Part shown: piece by piece, positions 23,030 to 34,757 of the stretch
Layout: each line of letters starts with the position of its first letter
How positions within the stretch are numbered: position 1 is the stretch's first letter
Assembly: GCA_963422375.2 (NCBI GenBank)
Contig: OY729427.2
Location: 960,001 to 1,024,000 of the forward strand
From: Bryobacterales bacterium
GTDB taxonomy: Bacteria; Acidobacteriota; Terriglobia; Bryobacterales; UBA6623
DNA length: 64,000 nucleotides
Reading direction: 5' to 3'
Position numbers and translations under genes: made by a program
Notes under the pieces: model-generated
What the model saw: the letters and a program-made list of their open reading frames with translations, nothing else
What the model was told of the DNA's origin: nothing
The model's database searches: none

Positions 23030-23675
23030 CCGGCCGTTGGCACGTACAAGCAGGTGGCGTGCCAGTACACGGTCACGGCGGAGGGCGGAGAAAAAGGGCC
23101 GGGCGGCCGAGGTGCGTTGGGAGCGCGACCAGATCCAGGGCACGAGCCTGCTGCGCACCAGCCGAGTCGAGTGAGACAACGCCCGGTTCGTGCCCGAGTA
23201 CTGCCGTCTGGCGGACATCGAGGCGACACTCCGATCCCTCAAGGAGGGAGCTGGGCCGGCGGGTGGCGCGGCATCTGTTCCTGACCGTGCTGGCTTACCA
23301 CTTAGTCCATGCCGTGCGGTACGACCTCCGCGCGCACGGCGTGCGGAGCGGCTGGAGGTCGATCCGAGAGCGTTCGCGGACCTGGGTGCGGCTGACGACG
23401 CCGATACGAACGGCGGACGGCAAGGCGTGGGGCCAGCGCCAGGCCGTGGACCCGAACAACGAGCAGCAGGCTCGCATCGCCGCCTCTGCGGGGGTGAACT
23501 TCCGGCGGCACCGTGGGAGGGTGCCGGTACTCGCCTCGGAACTCCAAGCCGACGGAGGCAGCACGGTGGCCCAAGACAAGAAAATGTAGTGACCGCAAAT
23601 CCGCTTCGCGGAATTCCAACTCAATGAAATCAACGACTTTCAGGTGTGCCCCCCGAAAAACCTCGGAACTTGGGC
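23030..23675 (+). mobile_element. IS1634-family transposase C-terminal remnant with right end
   Basis: Broken frames give LLRTS, YCRLADIEATLRSLK, HLFLTVLAYHLVHAVR..W.SIRE; ends in ggaacttggg after an AT-rich subterminal tract. Confidence 0.7.
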
Positions 23676-23824
23676 GCGGGGCGGAAAGCACCTAGCCGAG
23701 CCCTCATGGGTGGCGCATCGCAATGCCAGTCTGGCTTCTGCAGCCGTGCGGCTTCGGGCGGCCGGACCGACTGAACTGCCGCTTGGCTGTACGATAGCGG
23801 CGTCCCGTACTCGCGGAGCAAACC

Positions 23825-25066
23825 ATGGCAACCACACGGCGAACGTTTCTCGCAACCACGACCGTCGCGGTCCGAGCGGTCCGAGCCGCATCCCGGGCCA
23901 AGATCACCGGCATCGCGCTCTCGACGATCCAAGGCAACTTCCACAAATTCGTCGCGATGAACTCGCAAGACAACGAACCCAAGGGCACGAGCTACACCAA
24001 CACCTTGGTGCGGATATTGACCGACGCCGGAGTAGAAGGCGTCGGGGTGATGGGCTACACCGAGCCGGACGCAACCTTCATGGCGGACGTGCGGGCCCTC
24101 CTCGGGGCGGACCCCGAGTCCGTGTACGAGTTTCGCGACGGACACATCGCCGGGAGAGCCGCGGCCTTCGAGGACCTGCTTGTCAAGTACAAGCACTTGG
24201 ACGGTCCGCTGTGCGACCTCGTCGGCAAGGTGCGCGGCGTTCCGTGCTGGCGGCTGTTCGGCGAGTCGGTCCGCGACCGCGTCGAGGTCTACGACGGCAC
24301 GCTGTACTTCAGTGACCTGTGGTTCTCGGACCGTGGCGCGCAGGCAGTCGTCGACGAAGCGCGCGAGGCTATGGCGAGCGGCTACCGTGGCATCAAGCTG
24401 AAGATCGGCCGCGGCAACAAGTGGATGGCCCGCGACGAAGGCCTGCAGCGCGACATCGAGGTGATTCGCGCCGTCCGGAGCGCCATCGGCATGGAGCCGA
24501 AGCTGCTGGTGGACGCGAACAACGGCTACCTGGGCGACTACGACGCGACCTGGACCCTGCTGGACCAGACCAAGGAACAGAGGCTGGACTGGCTCGAAGA
24601 GGCCTTTCCCGAAGACAAGGCGCTCTACGGCCGGCTGCGCGGCCAAATGCGGCAGGCCGGGATCGAGACACCCATCGCCGACGGCGAAAACATGCGCAGC
24701 GCGGCGGAGTTCCTCGAGTACCTCGAGCCGGAGCGCCTCTTCGACGTCATGCAGCTGGACATCCGCACGGGAGGGATTCTCGATTGCCGCGAGATGTCTG
24801 CGATGGGGGCGCCGCGGGGCGCGAAGGCCGTGCCGCACAACTGGGGCTCCCAAGTCGGCTTGCTGATGAGCCTGCATCTCGCGAAGACGCAGGAGAATAT
24901 CGCCGGGGCCGAGGACGACCGCTCGGCATGCCCGGCCCTAGCCGTCAGGGGGTACGAATTCCAAGACGGCTACTTTGCCGTCTCGAACGAGCCGGGCCTT
25001 GGCGTGGAAGTCAACGAAGCGTTCTACGAGGCACCGGCGTTTCCGGGGCGGACGCTGATCCAATAG
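23825..25066 (+). CDS. Mandelate racemase/muconate lactonizing (enolase superfamily) enzyme with Tat signal
   Basis: TRRTFL Tat motif; DLVGK..GVP, KLKIG, VDANN, WLEE, IADGE, PHNW. Confidence 0.88.
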   Translation: MATTRRTFLATTTVAVRAVRAASRAKITGIALSTIQGNFHKFVAMNSQDNEPKGTSYTNTLVRILTDAGVEGVGVMGYTEPDATFMADVRALLGADPESVYEFRDGHIAGRAAAFEDLLVKYKHLDGPLCDLVGKVRGVPCWRLFGESVRDRVEVYDGTLYFSDLWFSDRGAQAVVDEAREAMASGYRGIKLKIGRGNKWMARDEGLQRDIEVIRAVRSAIGMEPKLLVDANNGYLGDYDATWTLLDQTKEQRLDWLEEAFPEDKALYGRLRGQMRQAGIETPIADGENMRSAAEFLEYLEPERLFDVMQLDIRTGGILDCREMSAMGAPRGAKAVPHNWGSQVGLLMSLHLAKTQENIAGAEDDRSACPALAVRGYEFQDGYFAVSNEPGLGVEVNEAFYEAPAFPGRTLIQ

Positions 25067-25097
25067 CCGCGATGCAGCAGCCCCCTGGCGGAACGGC

Positions 25098-26189
25098 TCA
25101 ATCCTCGACAAGGATCTCCGCGATCGCGATGCCGCTCTCGCCCGCCACCGCGTAGAGCAGATAGACGCGACCGTCCTCCTCGAAGATGGCAGGATCCCGC
25201 AGCTGGTTGACCGGGCCGTACGCCACGCTCCGGATCGACGGTGCAATCGGCTCGTTCGCGCCTTCCCAATCGCGCTGGGGTCGCAAGACCTCGATCGGCT
25301 CGCTCTCCTTCCACCGTGCCCACGGCACCGACAGGTCGACCAAGCTCAGCAGGACTCGCTCCGGTGCATGGCCGACCTGCGTCCAGAACACGAAAAGGGT
25401 GTCGCCCCGCTTGAGCAGGGCGCAGTGTCGCATGTCGGGGTTGAACAGCAGCGGCCCTTCCCGGAAGTCAGAAAGTCCGTCGTCGGACCGGTACACCTGC
25501 CCCGGCATGGCAATCCCGAACGTCTTCCCAGCGTGCCGAAAGGCCCGGAGATAGGTTCGCCCGATGATCTCGGGACGCGCCGCGAAGTCGATGCCATCAG
25601 TCGATAGCGCTACGCGGCTGGCTTGCCGGCCGAATCCCTCCAGGCCGTGGAAGTACATGACGATGCGACGGTTCGCATCGTCCACGTGGACATCCGGCGA
25701 GGCGATATGGGGAGCGGTGAACTCCTTGACGATCGAATGCGGCAGGCGGTTCCCGCCGTAGGTCGCCGCACGACGCGCCTTGGCCCGCTCCAGCGATTCG
25801 GGATCGACGGGCGGCGGTTCGCTCGGGAAATGCGACTTGGCGATCTGCAGGCTGCCCGGAGGGTGGACCTTCCAAGGACCTAGCAGGTCGTCAGCATAAG
25901 CCAGCCTGATGTAGCTGCCCTTGTGATCCGCGAAGTACAGGTAGTACTTGCCGAGCCGCTCCCCGACCCACTCGGGCACGCGGATCAGCGACGGACCCTG
26001 GATGTTCCGCCCGATGCTGGGATGCGTGGCCGGAGTGATGATCGGCGCATCGAGCAGGCGCTTGACTTGCACGGTCGGCTCGCTAGCAAGACTCATTCCC
26101 GCTCCGAGAACGAAGCAGACGGCAGCGAGCCCCAACCTGCCGCCGGTTCCGGGCTCGCTGGGCGTTGGGTGCGACCGGTTGGCATTCAT
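25098..26189 (-). CDS. Secreted beta-propeller protein, glycoside-hydrolase-like
   Basis: GPSLI..YYLYFADH, HIASPDV..MYFHG, STDG..F, LRDPAIFEEDG..YLLY.VAGE; signal-like N-terminus. Confidence 0.65.
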   Translation of the reverse strand: MNANRSHPTPSEPGTGGRLGLAAVCFVLGAGMSLASEPTVQVKRLLDAPIITPATHPSIGRNIQGPSLIRVPEWVGERLGKYYLYFADHKGSYIRLAYADDLLGPWKVHPPGSLQIAKSHFPSEPPPVDPESLERAKARRAATYGGNRLPHSIVKEFTAPHIASPDVHVDDANRRIVMYFHGLEGFGRQASRVALSTDGIDFAARPEIIGRTYLRAFRHAGKTFGIAMPGQVYRSDDGLSDFREGPLLFNPDMRHCALLKRGDTLFVFWTQVGHAPERVLLSLVDLSVPWARWKESEPIEVLRPQRDWEGANEPIAPSIRSVAYGPVNQLRDPAIFEEDGRVYLLYAVAGESGIAIAEILVED

Positions 26190-26536
26190 CGGACTTGGCG
26201 GGTGCCTCCGCCTAGCAGGACGCGACGGGAAGCCCGGCAAGCACCATCGCCCAGCGCTCATTAAGCATAGCCGAGCGCCACGGCCTGCAATCAGTCCCGG
26301 GGCCGGCTGGCGGACCGAACGGCAGATACGCGGGCGACCACCGTAGGGCCAGGTGTTGCCCGCGAAGAGTCGGGTGCGTCATCGGATGCCACGGACGCTT
26401 GACAGGCTGCAGCAATCCCAGCTACTATAAGAGGAGTCGAGCGGCAGATACTAGCAACAGTTTGACGAAACCTGAAATCCTGCGCGGCTATCACAACGCA
26501 TGTGCTGTCAGACTGCACTAGACGACCGCCATCGCA

Positions 26537-27016
26537 ATGAAACAACGACTTCAGCGTAAAATGCCCAAGTGTCGGTGCCGTGTGCGGGCAAGCGACAGTC
26601 GTGTAACGTATCACATTTTTATCATCCACTCTTGGAAATATCGGCGTCACTACAATGCAATTGTCAGACTTCTTCGCTCTCACCAGGACTTTGAATTCAA
26701 GGATTACTCGGTTCCAATTTCCAATCCACTTGACAAGAGTATTAGGTCGGATTTGGCTCTTAGAAAGGCACTTAAAAAGCAGATTAGATCAGTAAGTGTC
26801 ATCCTCATATTTGCGGGCATGTATGCGGCCTACAGCAAGTGGATTTCCGAAGAAATCAAGATTGCTTGTCATGGGTTTGCGTGTCCTAAGCCGATCATTG
26901 CAATCAGACCACGAGGTAGTAAGAGGACTTCACAGATGGCAAAGGACGTCGCAAGCAAGGTAGTTGGGTGGAACAAGGCGAGCATCGTCAAGGCAATCAA
27001 GGAGCTAGCATCATGA
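26537..27016 (+). CDS. TIR-like domain protein (Thoeris ThsB / DUF1863 type)
   Basis: YHIFIIHSW, FKDYSVP, VILIFAGMY..SKWISEEI (putative catalytic Glu), KPIIAIRPRG, VVGWN..SIVKAI; low GC; start uncertain. Confidence 0.85.
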   Translation: MKQRLQRKMPKCRCRVRASDSRVTYHIFIIHSWKYRRHYNAIVRLLRSHQDFEFKDYSVPISNPLDKSIRSDLALRKALKKQIRSVSVILIFAGMYAAYSKWISEEIKIACHGFACPKPIIAIRPRGSKRTSQMAKDVASKVVGWNKASIVKAIKELAS

Positions 27017-27475
27017 ATGATTCCAAGAGACGGAGCGAGCTCATCGAGATTTACAAGCTTCACAGCGAACTAGCCGACAGGGTTAGCCAGAGACGGGAGG
27101 GGCCAATCGGATGTATGTGAGCCTGCTCGTTGGTTTGGCGGTGTTTCTCGCTGCATTGGTCCGGTTGGGGCTTCGCGATGATGCACTCCAAGTGGTCCTG
27201 CCTGTTGCGGGATCTCTAGGAGCCCTCCTGTCAATCTCATGGTTCATTGTAATGTCGGTCCTACCGACAACTTGATTCTGGAAAGTTCAAGGCGTTGCAT
27301 GAGCTAGAGAGCATGTTGGCATACCCGTTCTATTCCCGTGAATTGGGAACTCTTGGGCGAAGGCAAAAAGATCAGAAAATATTGGAAACTGTCCATTGTC
27401 GAGACGTTTCTCCCCTGTATTTTCCTTCTCACTTCCCTCGGTTTGATCGTTTATTCTATATTCGGATCTGACTAG
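27013..27475 (+). pseudogene. RipA-like (octameric membrane protein family) gene with three frameshifts
   Basis: ATGA overlap with the TIR stop; reconstructed MNDSKRRSELIEIYKLHSELADRVSQRREG/ANRMYVSLL-TM-TM-SWFIV/RSYRQLDSGKFKALHELESML..FYSRE/WELLGEG..YWKLSIVETFLP-TM; shifts near 27100, 27253, 27342. Confidence 0.7.
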
Positions 27476-28026
27476 GGGAGTTGTCGTTCTGTTTTCGACC
27501 CTCCTGTGTTCTACAGCTCAAGACCTCCTAGGGCGGTCCGCTTGCCCTAGGGCCAATCAGCTAAAGCCTTGCGACAAGAGCGGTAGAATGCCTAGCTAGT
27601 TGTGGAAGGCCCTAACCCGCCCGCGGTCGTCTCGCTTTGGATGTCGCCTAGTCGATGGTTCAGGACCACGGCCCGGATCAAGTGACCCTCGAGCGCAGGG
27701 TAGCGGTGCGCGTCTCAGCTGGATTCGATGCTTCGGGAAGCGCTGGGCAGATGCGACGCAGAGTTCTGATCGCGTTGCCAAGCGAATCTCGACTTGGCCG
27801 CGGAGCCACGACCAGCCGTCAGGGCCGCGTGACAGCCGAGCTCACGGGACAAAGCGACCCATTCCACCGGAGAGCGATAAGTACCGGACCCACTTGCGAT
27901 GTAAGCCATTCCTCTGGGCCCCTGCACCCGCCTTGCGCCGTCTCGCTCGCCATGGACGCCATCATGAATTACCGCGTCACGTAATCGCGGTAGCAGTGCG
28001 GGGGGGAAGCATCGCTCATCGAGAGC

Positions 28027-29520
28027 TCAGAAGAACAGCTGCACCATCTGACCGTGAAGTTCGTGCAGTGTCGAGCGGTTGCTTGGCCACATCGGATCCG
28101 CAAGCTGGGCGTTCCACGCCTCGAGTTCCGCTTCCAGTCGCTCGACCACCGCGGAGTGCTCGTCGGCCAGATTCTCGTGCTCCCCTATGTCGGCCGAGAG
28201 ATCGTAGAGCACCGTCATCTGGCCGTTCGGGGAGTCCCCAAGGTAGTCAACCTGAGGGAGCCTACTGCCTCCGAGTGTCAGGTCGTCGAACGCCTTGTCG
28301 CTCTTGTTGACCTTCCACAGCTTCCATTTCCCGGAGCGCACGGCCATGTTCGGCTTCGCCCTCCAGAACAGGAACTCGTGAGGCGGATCGGAGATCTCCC
28401 CGCGAAGGTGCGGGAGCAGGTTCACGCTGTCCTGGGCAGTCTCGCCGGAGCCCGCCGCGGCAGCCAGCGTCGCGAACAGATCCAACGAGATGACCGGATG
28501 CTCCAAGGTCGTTCCCGCCGGCAGCCCTGCGGGCCAGCGGAAGATGAACGGCACTCGAATCCCTCCCTCGAGATGGAATCGCTTCGAACCTCTGAGCGGA
28601 TCGTTGGAACAGATGTCCTGCGATAGGTACTTGATGCAACCGTTGTCGGAGAAGAAGACGATCAGGGTGTTCTCCTCCAAGCCGTGAGCGCGCAGCTCCT
28701 CGACTACGTCGGCGAGGTAGTCGTCCACGGAAGAAACCATGGCGGCGAAGATCTTCCGACCGGCAGGTTCCACGCCGGCGTACCGGTCTGCGTACTCCGC
28801 CGTCGCCTGCAGGGGCGTGTGGGGCGCGTTCGGGGTCAGCATCAGGAAGAAGCGTTCATCCTTGTGCCTGCGGATGAAGTCGACCGCCCGGTCCGCGAAG
28901 ACGTCCGTGAGGTATTCCTCGACCTCGACCTCGTCGAATCCGTCGAAGATCGCGCTAGCGGCGGGGCGGGTGGTCGGCGCATTCCGGGTTGGCCAAGACT
29001 CGACACCCTCCTTGCGGGAGTCGATATAGGTCGAGCCACCCGACAGGTGCCCGAAGTACTCGTCGAAGCCGCGATTGAGCGGGTGGTGCTTCTCCGACTT
29101 GCCCAGATGCCACTTGCCGATCAGCCCGGTCGCGTACCCAGCGCTCTTGAGCATGTCGGCCAAGGTACGCTCTTCCGTAGGCAGGCCGACCACCGTGTCG
29201 CGGCCCGAGGTGTTGAACTCGTAGCCGAAGCGGGACTGGTAGCGGCCTGTGTAGAGTCCCGCACGCGAGGGACTGCAAACGGCCGCGGACACGTAGCCGT
29301 CGGTGAGTCGCACGCCGCCTTGGGCGAGAGCGTCAAGGTGCGGGGTGCGAACCACTTGCGAGCCGAAAACGCCGAGGTCGTTGTACCCGAGATCGTCGGC
29401 GACCATCACGATGATGTTGGGCGGCGGGTCTGCCGCGGGCATCCCGGCGTCGGGCTCACCGCAGGCAGCCGCGAACGCAGCGAACAGGGCAGCAATCACG
29501 TATCGCATGATCGATGACAT
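28027..29520 (-). CDS. Sulfatase (Cys-type), probable lipoprotein
   Basis: PNIIVMVADDLG, CSPSRAGLYTGR, GKWHLG, SDNG, EGGIRVP; lipobox-like FAAAC. Confidence 0.93.
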   Translation of the reverse strand: MSSIMRYVIAALFAAFAAACGEPDAGMPAADPPPNIIVMVADDLGYNDLGVFGSQVVRTPHLDALAQGGVRLTDGYVSAAVCSPSRAGLYTGRYQSRFGYEFNTSGRDTVVGLPTEERTLADMLKSAGYATGLIGKWHLGKSEKHHPLNRGFDEYFGHLSGGSTYIDSRKEGVESWPTRNAPTTRPAASAIFDGFDEVEVEEYLTDVFADRAVDFIRRHKDERFFLMLTPNAPHTPLQATAEYADRYAGVEPAGRKIFAAMVSSVDDYLADVVEELRAHGLEENTLIVFFSDNGCIKYLSQDICSNDPLRGSKRFHLEGGIRVPFIFRWPAGLPAGTTLEHPVISLDLFATLAAAAGSGETAQDSVNLLPHLRGEISDPPHEFLFWRAKPNMAVRSGKWKLWKVNKSDKAFDDLTLGGSRLPQVDYLGDSPNGQMTVLYDLSADIGEHENLADEHSAVVERLEAELEAWNAQLADPMWPSNRSTLHELHGQMVQLFF

Positions 29521-29780
29521 TGTAGTACCGTGTCACGGGACGCGGAAACGCGGAGGCGAATCGGACTGGGACCTCTTCGCGGCGGTAGGCCGAATCCGCT
29601 CTGGACCAGCCGACGAGTGGCCCTGGCGACGCGGGCACCGGCGAGCGCAACCCGAACTCGAGGCGAATCCATCATCGGACGACGGGCCCGTCCCGGTACG
29701 CTCGCGCCAGATGGCCCTCCGACAGGCTCTCGGTCCGGCGTCAAGGCACCGTCGCAGACACGCAGCAACACTCGCCCCTT

Positions 29781-29890
29781 TACTTGATGGCTTACCTGCA
29801 TTTCGGCTCGGCCATGGACGCACTCGATCTATTTCCCCTTTATTTTCAATGAGTTGTGACCGATGCCGTTACTTGACGGTCACTTGATGG
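29781..29890 (+). promoter_or_regulatory. Box-IHF-box module A
   Basis: tacttgatgg 29781; tttcaatgagttg 29844; tacttgacgg 29870; cacttgatgg 29881. Confidence 0.6.
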
Positions 29891-30148
29891 ATCGCAGCCG
29901 GCGAGCCTGCCAGGCAACCGCCAAAGCGTGCGGGCAGTCCGCACCGACGTAAGACGCACGTCTGCGCCAGGACGGCCGAGACTCGGTCCGGAAGGGGCGG
30001 GCGGGCGGCCTCGCCCAACGCATCCAACGGTCATCCCTGCGTCTACCCACCCCGAGCTCGGTGCGCTCCGCACCGAGGCCAATAGCCTCCTGCGGGGCAC
30101 GGGCGGGTTGCATACGAGGCGAGGGGCGTCAGGCTCGTTCGGCGCCAC

Positions 30149-30247
30149 CACTTGACCGGATTCCGCCCGACTGGCGGCGGGCGATCCGTTGGCCAGCCAC
30201 AACATCATTGTTTTCAATCAGTTGCAAGCTCTTCCCTTACTTGATGG
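30149..30247 (+). promoter_or_regulatory. Box-IHF-box module B
   Basis: cacttgaccg 30149; tttcaatcagttg 30212; tacttgatgg 30238. Confidence 0.6.
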
Positions 30248-31482
30248 ATCGTAGGCCGTCGGGTGGTCAGAGCGCGTTCCCGCACGGACGGTCCACCCAA
30301 CCTTGAGCGGAGATCCCAAGGGACCGGACCTGTTGCGCCGAACTGTCGGCTCCTCGGAACTCGCGTGCGAGACCGGCCTCGCCTGCCGAATAGCTTCCGC
30401 CTGAATTCAAAGTGCCGTGAATCCAGTCTGTCGGCACCGCGTATCGATGCTCAGCAAAGCCCATCCTAGGAGACGCAGCGAATTCGTGAAATAGGAGTTC
30501 TTTCGTGAACTCCAAGTATAAGGTCCAGCGATACTGAACGGATTATTCGGATATTATACCAATATCTATGTGGCCCATATTTGGAAATAATACCAGCTCA
30601 TTTATGAAAAATATCAACTCGATATTCTGACACTTCAGGACTATAATTCATGCTTCGATTAGGATGAGATAAATATGCGGGCCAACAAATGGGAAATTAG
30701 GCAGAATTTACATCCTCCATCCCGTATCCAACTGTATCGTCATTCAGGGCGATTACGAGTACGCACGGCACTTGCTCCAGCAGGGTAGTGACAACCCAAA
30801 GGGGCCCTCACTGGGGGCGAATCCACCGGTGGCCATCCATACATCAGACTGCAACATGCACTGCGACCACGCTCTTCAGGATCCCGTCGGTAGCTACATT
30901 ACATTCGAGTCTGATATACTAGACTCAGTTTGGTAGTATTTCGGACGCGCGCCCCCGAAGAATCAATGACCGTGCTTGCCGAGAGCCCTGCTCCGGGCCG
31001 AATTGCCGCTTCGGCGGGGGCGGTGGCAGAATGGTTCGTCCACCCTCACGCACGCTGGACAGCCCACTCCTGCGATGTCCTCACATTCCAGGAGGCCACC
31101 GGGAGGGGTCTTGTGGTCCAAACCCTCCATGCAGCGAGCGAACCACCGGCAGTCCGACTGCACCCCAACCCGTCTCGCTGCTCGGTCTACCGCGATGACA
31201 CGCTTGGCGATTCAGCAGCCCCCGCTCCCGCTGAAGAACGGTCACCTGCCGTGTCATTCTTGGAGCCTACCTCCGATGCCCGATCATGGTCCCGTTCGCG
31301 AGAGTGGCAACGGACTCTGTGTTGGCTCACGCATTCCGCTTGTCCGGTCGCTTCCTCCTCGAGTGGATCTCAGGGTTGCCAACCATGGATCTGAAATGGG
31401 AGAGACAGAGAGCGCATCCGACGGTCCGGGGTCAGACAGGAATCGGCAATCGCCTCAGCTCCTCTGCCGCAAGCGCAATTTC

Positions 31483-34400
31483 ATGACAATCCACAAATCC
31501 AGCGAATATCTCGCAAGCCTTGTGAACGAGCTGCAGAGCATACATGGGGAATCGGAGTGGGTCGAGTTCTAGGTGAATCAACACCAGCCAAAGGAAATCG
31601 GCGAATACCTTTCAGCTCTCGCTAACTCTGCGGCACTCGTCGGAAAGGCGTACGCCTATATGGTCTGGGGTATTTCGGACCATAACCGAGAGATCATTGG
31701 AACTAGATTCAATCCAAGCCGAGAGAAAGTTGGTAATGAAAATCTTGAAATCTGGCTACCTTGCCTGATGGAACCGAAGATTCAATTTCACTTTTACGGG
31801 ATTTCAATTGATGACAACCCGGTAGTCTTACTTGAAATTGAGAGAGCATCTCACCGGCCTGTTCGCTTTAGTGGACAAGAATATATTCGCGTTGGTTCCT
31901 ACAAGAAAAATCTAAGATAATTCCCAGAGAAGGAACGATTGTTGTGGCGCATCTTTGATCAGACTCCATTTGAGGAGCGCATTGCGGCCGAGCGGGTCCA
32001 AGCCGATGAAGTACTCCCTGCTTGATTATCCAGCGTACTTCAACTTGATTGGGTATCCAATTCCTAGACGAGACAGCTTCTTAGCACTGCTCTCTACTGA
32101 AAACCTGATTCGTCGGTGTGACGCAGAATGCTGGAATGTTACGAACTTAGGCTTTATTTGGGGGAATTATATATCTGAGTGCCGACAACGCCATGTCCGA
32201 CTAGAACTGCTCTGAGCAGGGAGGCCGATGTCGAGCTCGGGTCATTCGAGTGCGGCCGCGGTGGGCACGGAAGGGTGGGATCGCATCTGAATCGAACCTG
32301 CCAGCGGACTTGACGAGGCACGGATTGGAGAGGCCCCCTCGCGCCCCGGTGGAACCCGGTTGGCGGTGGAGGGGCACCCCTTGCAAGCCGATTGCGTGCC
32401 CTCCGAGGGCCGAAGACAGGGGATCCCCGGCACTCGACGGCCTGCATCGACGGACCGGACCGGACACGGGTCGCGCCGGGGGATTCCGGACCCGGTGCGC
32501 CCCTCGCACCGAGCGCGAAGAGTGCGCCCGCAGCGGGCCGCCGCGCTCAGCTCGGCGGGTGCCGCTCAGGCCGCGACCGCGGCTTTGCCGGTCAGCTGCC
32601 GGCAGGTCAGCGTCCGGCCGACCAGGCCCCGCGCCATGCGCCGCATCTGTTCCGCCGTGTCGCAGTCGCGGTCGTTGCACCGTCCCGCGAACTCCGTCAG
32701 GTAGCGCCCGAGATGACGGACGCTCATCCGGTGATAGGTTCCGTACAGGCCGCGCTTGAACAGGGACCAAGACGACTCGATGCCGTTCGCATGCGCTGCC
32801 CCGCGCACGTACTCGCCGCCGGAGCGCCGGAGTGCCTGACGGCTTCGTGCGGGAACTCCGCCATGCCGGCGCAGGCCGCCGCCTCGTCGGAGCGGACCTG
32901 CGCCCCCGGCGCGACGCGGGCGCGCACGAAGCCCTGCAGGTCGCCCTCGGTCGTGCCCGGCGGCGGCCGCGCGGCCACTGCGTTCGTGGCGCGGTCGCGC
33001 GCCCCCGCCACGGGCGTCTTGCCGACGGGCCCGCGCCCGGCGCGGGCCTTCTTCCTCTCGTGCTTGTTGCGTTCCTTGCCGCCGACGTAGGTCTCGCCCA
33101 CCTCCACCGGGCCGGCGAACGGGCCCTGATCCCGCTCCCGGCACGCGCGGATGCGGTGCGCCAGATGCCAGGCCGACTTCCGGCTGACGCCTAGGTCGCG
33201 GTGCAGCTTCATGCTCGAGACGCCCTTGATGCCGGTAGTCAGCAGGAACAGGGCGACGGCCCGGGTGCGGTAGCCGAGCTTGGTATCGGCCGTCACGCTG
33301 CCGGTGCGCACCGAAAAGCGCTTGCCGCAGCCGCGGCAACGGTACGGCATCGAAGGGTGGGCTGTGCCGCCCTGCACGCTGGATCCGCGGCAGTGGGGGC
33401 ACGCGGGGCCGTCCGGCCAGCGCATGGCAGCGAACCATCTTTCCGCGGATTCGTCATCGGGGAACATGGCGATCACTTCGATCAATGTGATGCCTCTACG
33501 AAACCACTTTCCGGGACCTTGATTCTTCATTAACGGTATCCTATACTGGAACTATTCTACCAAGAAACACCACCGAATGTCAACGGAAATCCGGAAGAAA
33601 CAGGAAAATATCTAATGGCATGATAATTTGCCGAATTGGTTCCCTCGGCACTCAGATATATAATTCCCTTATTTTGCTTGCGAAACGCCTTGATGATCAC
33701 TGGGGTCTCAGTCGCAAAGCACTGCGAATCATTCAGTATCGCAACAGCGGCCGGATTGAGGCCCTTCGAGAGGAAACTGGGATGCGGAGATACGCTCATG
33801 GATTCGAGGAATTGATCAAACTCATCAATCTGATGCAGCCCGCCAACGAAGTAATTGGTGACGCTCTTAGAAAACAGGTGCTTACCTTTCCGGAAGCGGC
33901 GATACGGGAACTCGTGGCAAACGCTTTGATCGATCAGGATCTCGCTATCACTGGCGCAGGTACGCTAGTCGAGATTTTCGAGAACCGCATCGAGATTACG
34001 AACCCCGGCGAGCCGCTGGTTGATGCACAGCGCTTCGTAGACTCACCGCCCCGTTCGCGCAACGAGGCTCTCGCCTCATTCATGCGCCGAATCGGCATAT
34101 ACGAAGAACGCGGAAGCGGTTGGGACAAGATCGCACTTCAGTGCGAGATCCACCAGATGCCGGCTCCCCGCATTGAGGTGGTCGGCGGGTAAACTCGCGT
34201 GGTACTGTTCGCGCCTCGCCACCTGTCAACCATGGACAGGGCGGAACGAGTGCGAACGATGTATCTCCACGCCCGCCTGCAGTACGTAGGTCGCAGCTTC
34301 CTTACCAACGCCTCGGTACGAGAGCGGTTCGCTATCGAGCAACGGAATAGCGCCCGGGCATCACGACTGATTTCGGAGGCAGTCGACTACGGCGTGATCG

Positions 34401-34486
34401 CACTATACGACCCAACAGCAGCTCCCAAGTTCAGGCGCTACGTGCCGTGGTGGGCAGATTCGGAGAGTTCCACTCCTCCCGCTTGA
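31483..34486 (+). pseudogene. AlbA_2 (Schlafen)-HATPase_c_4 (RecG-C-like)-wHTH protein gene with in-frame stops and an IS1595 insertion
   Basis: ESEWVEF*, IGEYLSALANSA, YMVWGI, YIRVGS; after the IS: AIRELVANAL, RIEITNPG, SRNEALA, EERGSG, YVPWWA; stops at 31570, 31918, 34190. Confidence 0.88.
32162..33668 (-). mobile_element. IS1595-family element with frameshifted transposase (32566-33530)
   Basis: Perfect 24-bp TIR gggaattatatatctgagtgccga; 8-bp TSD ttatttgg/ttattttg; CPHC..CRGC zinc ribbon, VEVGETY, SDE, NGIESSWSLFKRG. Confidence 0.92.
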
Positions 34487-34757
34487 CCGGGATCTCGATG
34501 GCCGAGCGTTGCCGGATCAGCGGCCTTGCCAAGGTGGAGAGATCTACCCTTGGTCGCTGTAGACGGCAATTCCTCAGCCTTGAGTGCGGTTGCGGAGAGC
34601 GGGAGCGACACCCTTTCACGCGGACCGGCTGCCTCGGCCCGTCGCACGTCAATCCGACGCGAGAGCAGAGAAGCGGCCACGGCTGAGGACGGGCCTTCAA
34701 TTCCGGCTGCAAAGCGTGCATCCGGTGCGTATAGCGACCGGTTGCGATCGACGCCGG

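Noticed and set aside
31570..34192. Stop-codon recoding to explain in-frame stops
   Set aside because: Stops are a mix of TAG and TAA and co-occur with frameshifts and IS insertions; intact genes end in TAG normally
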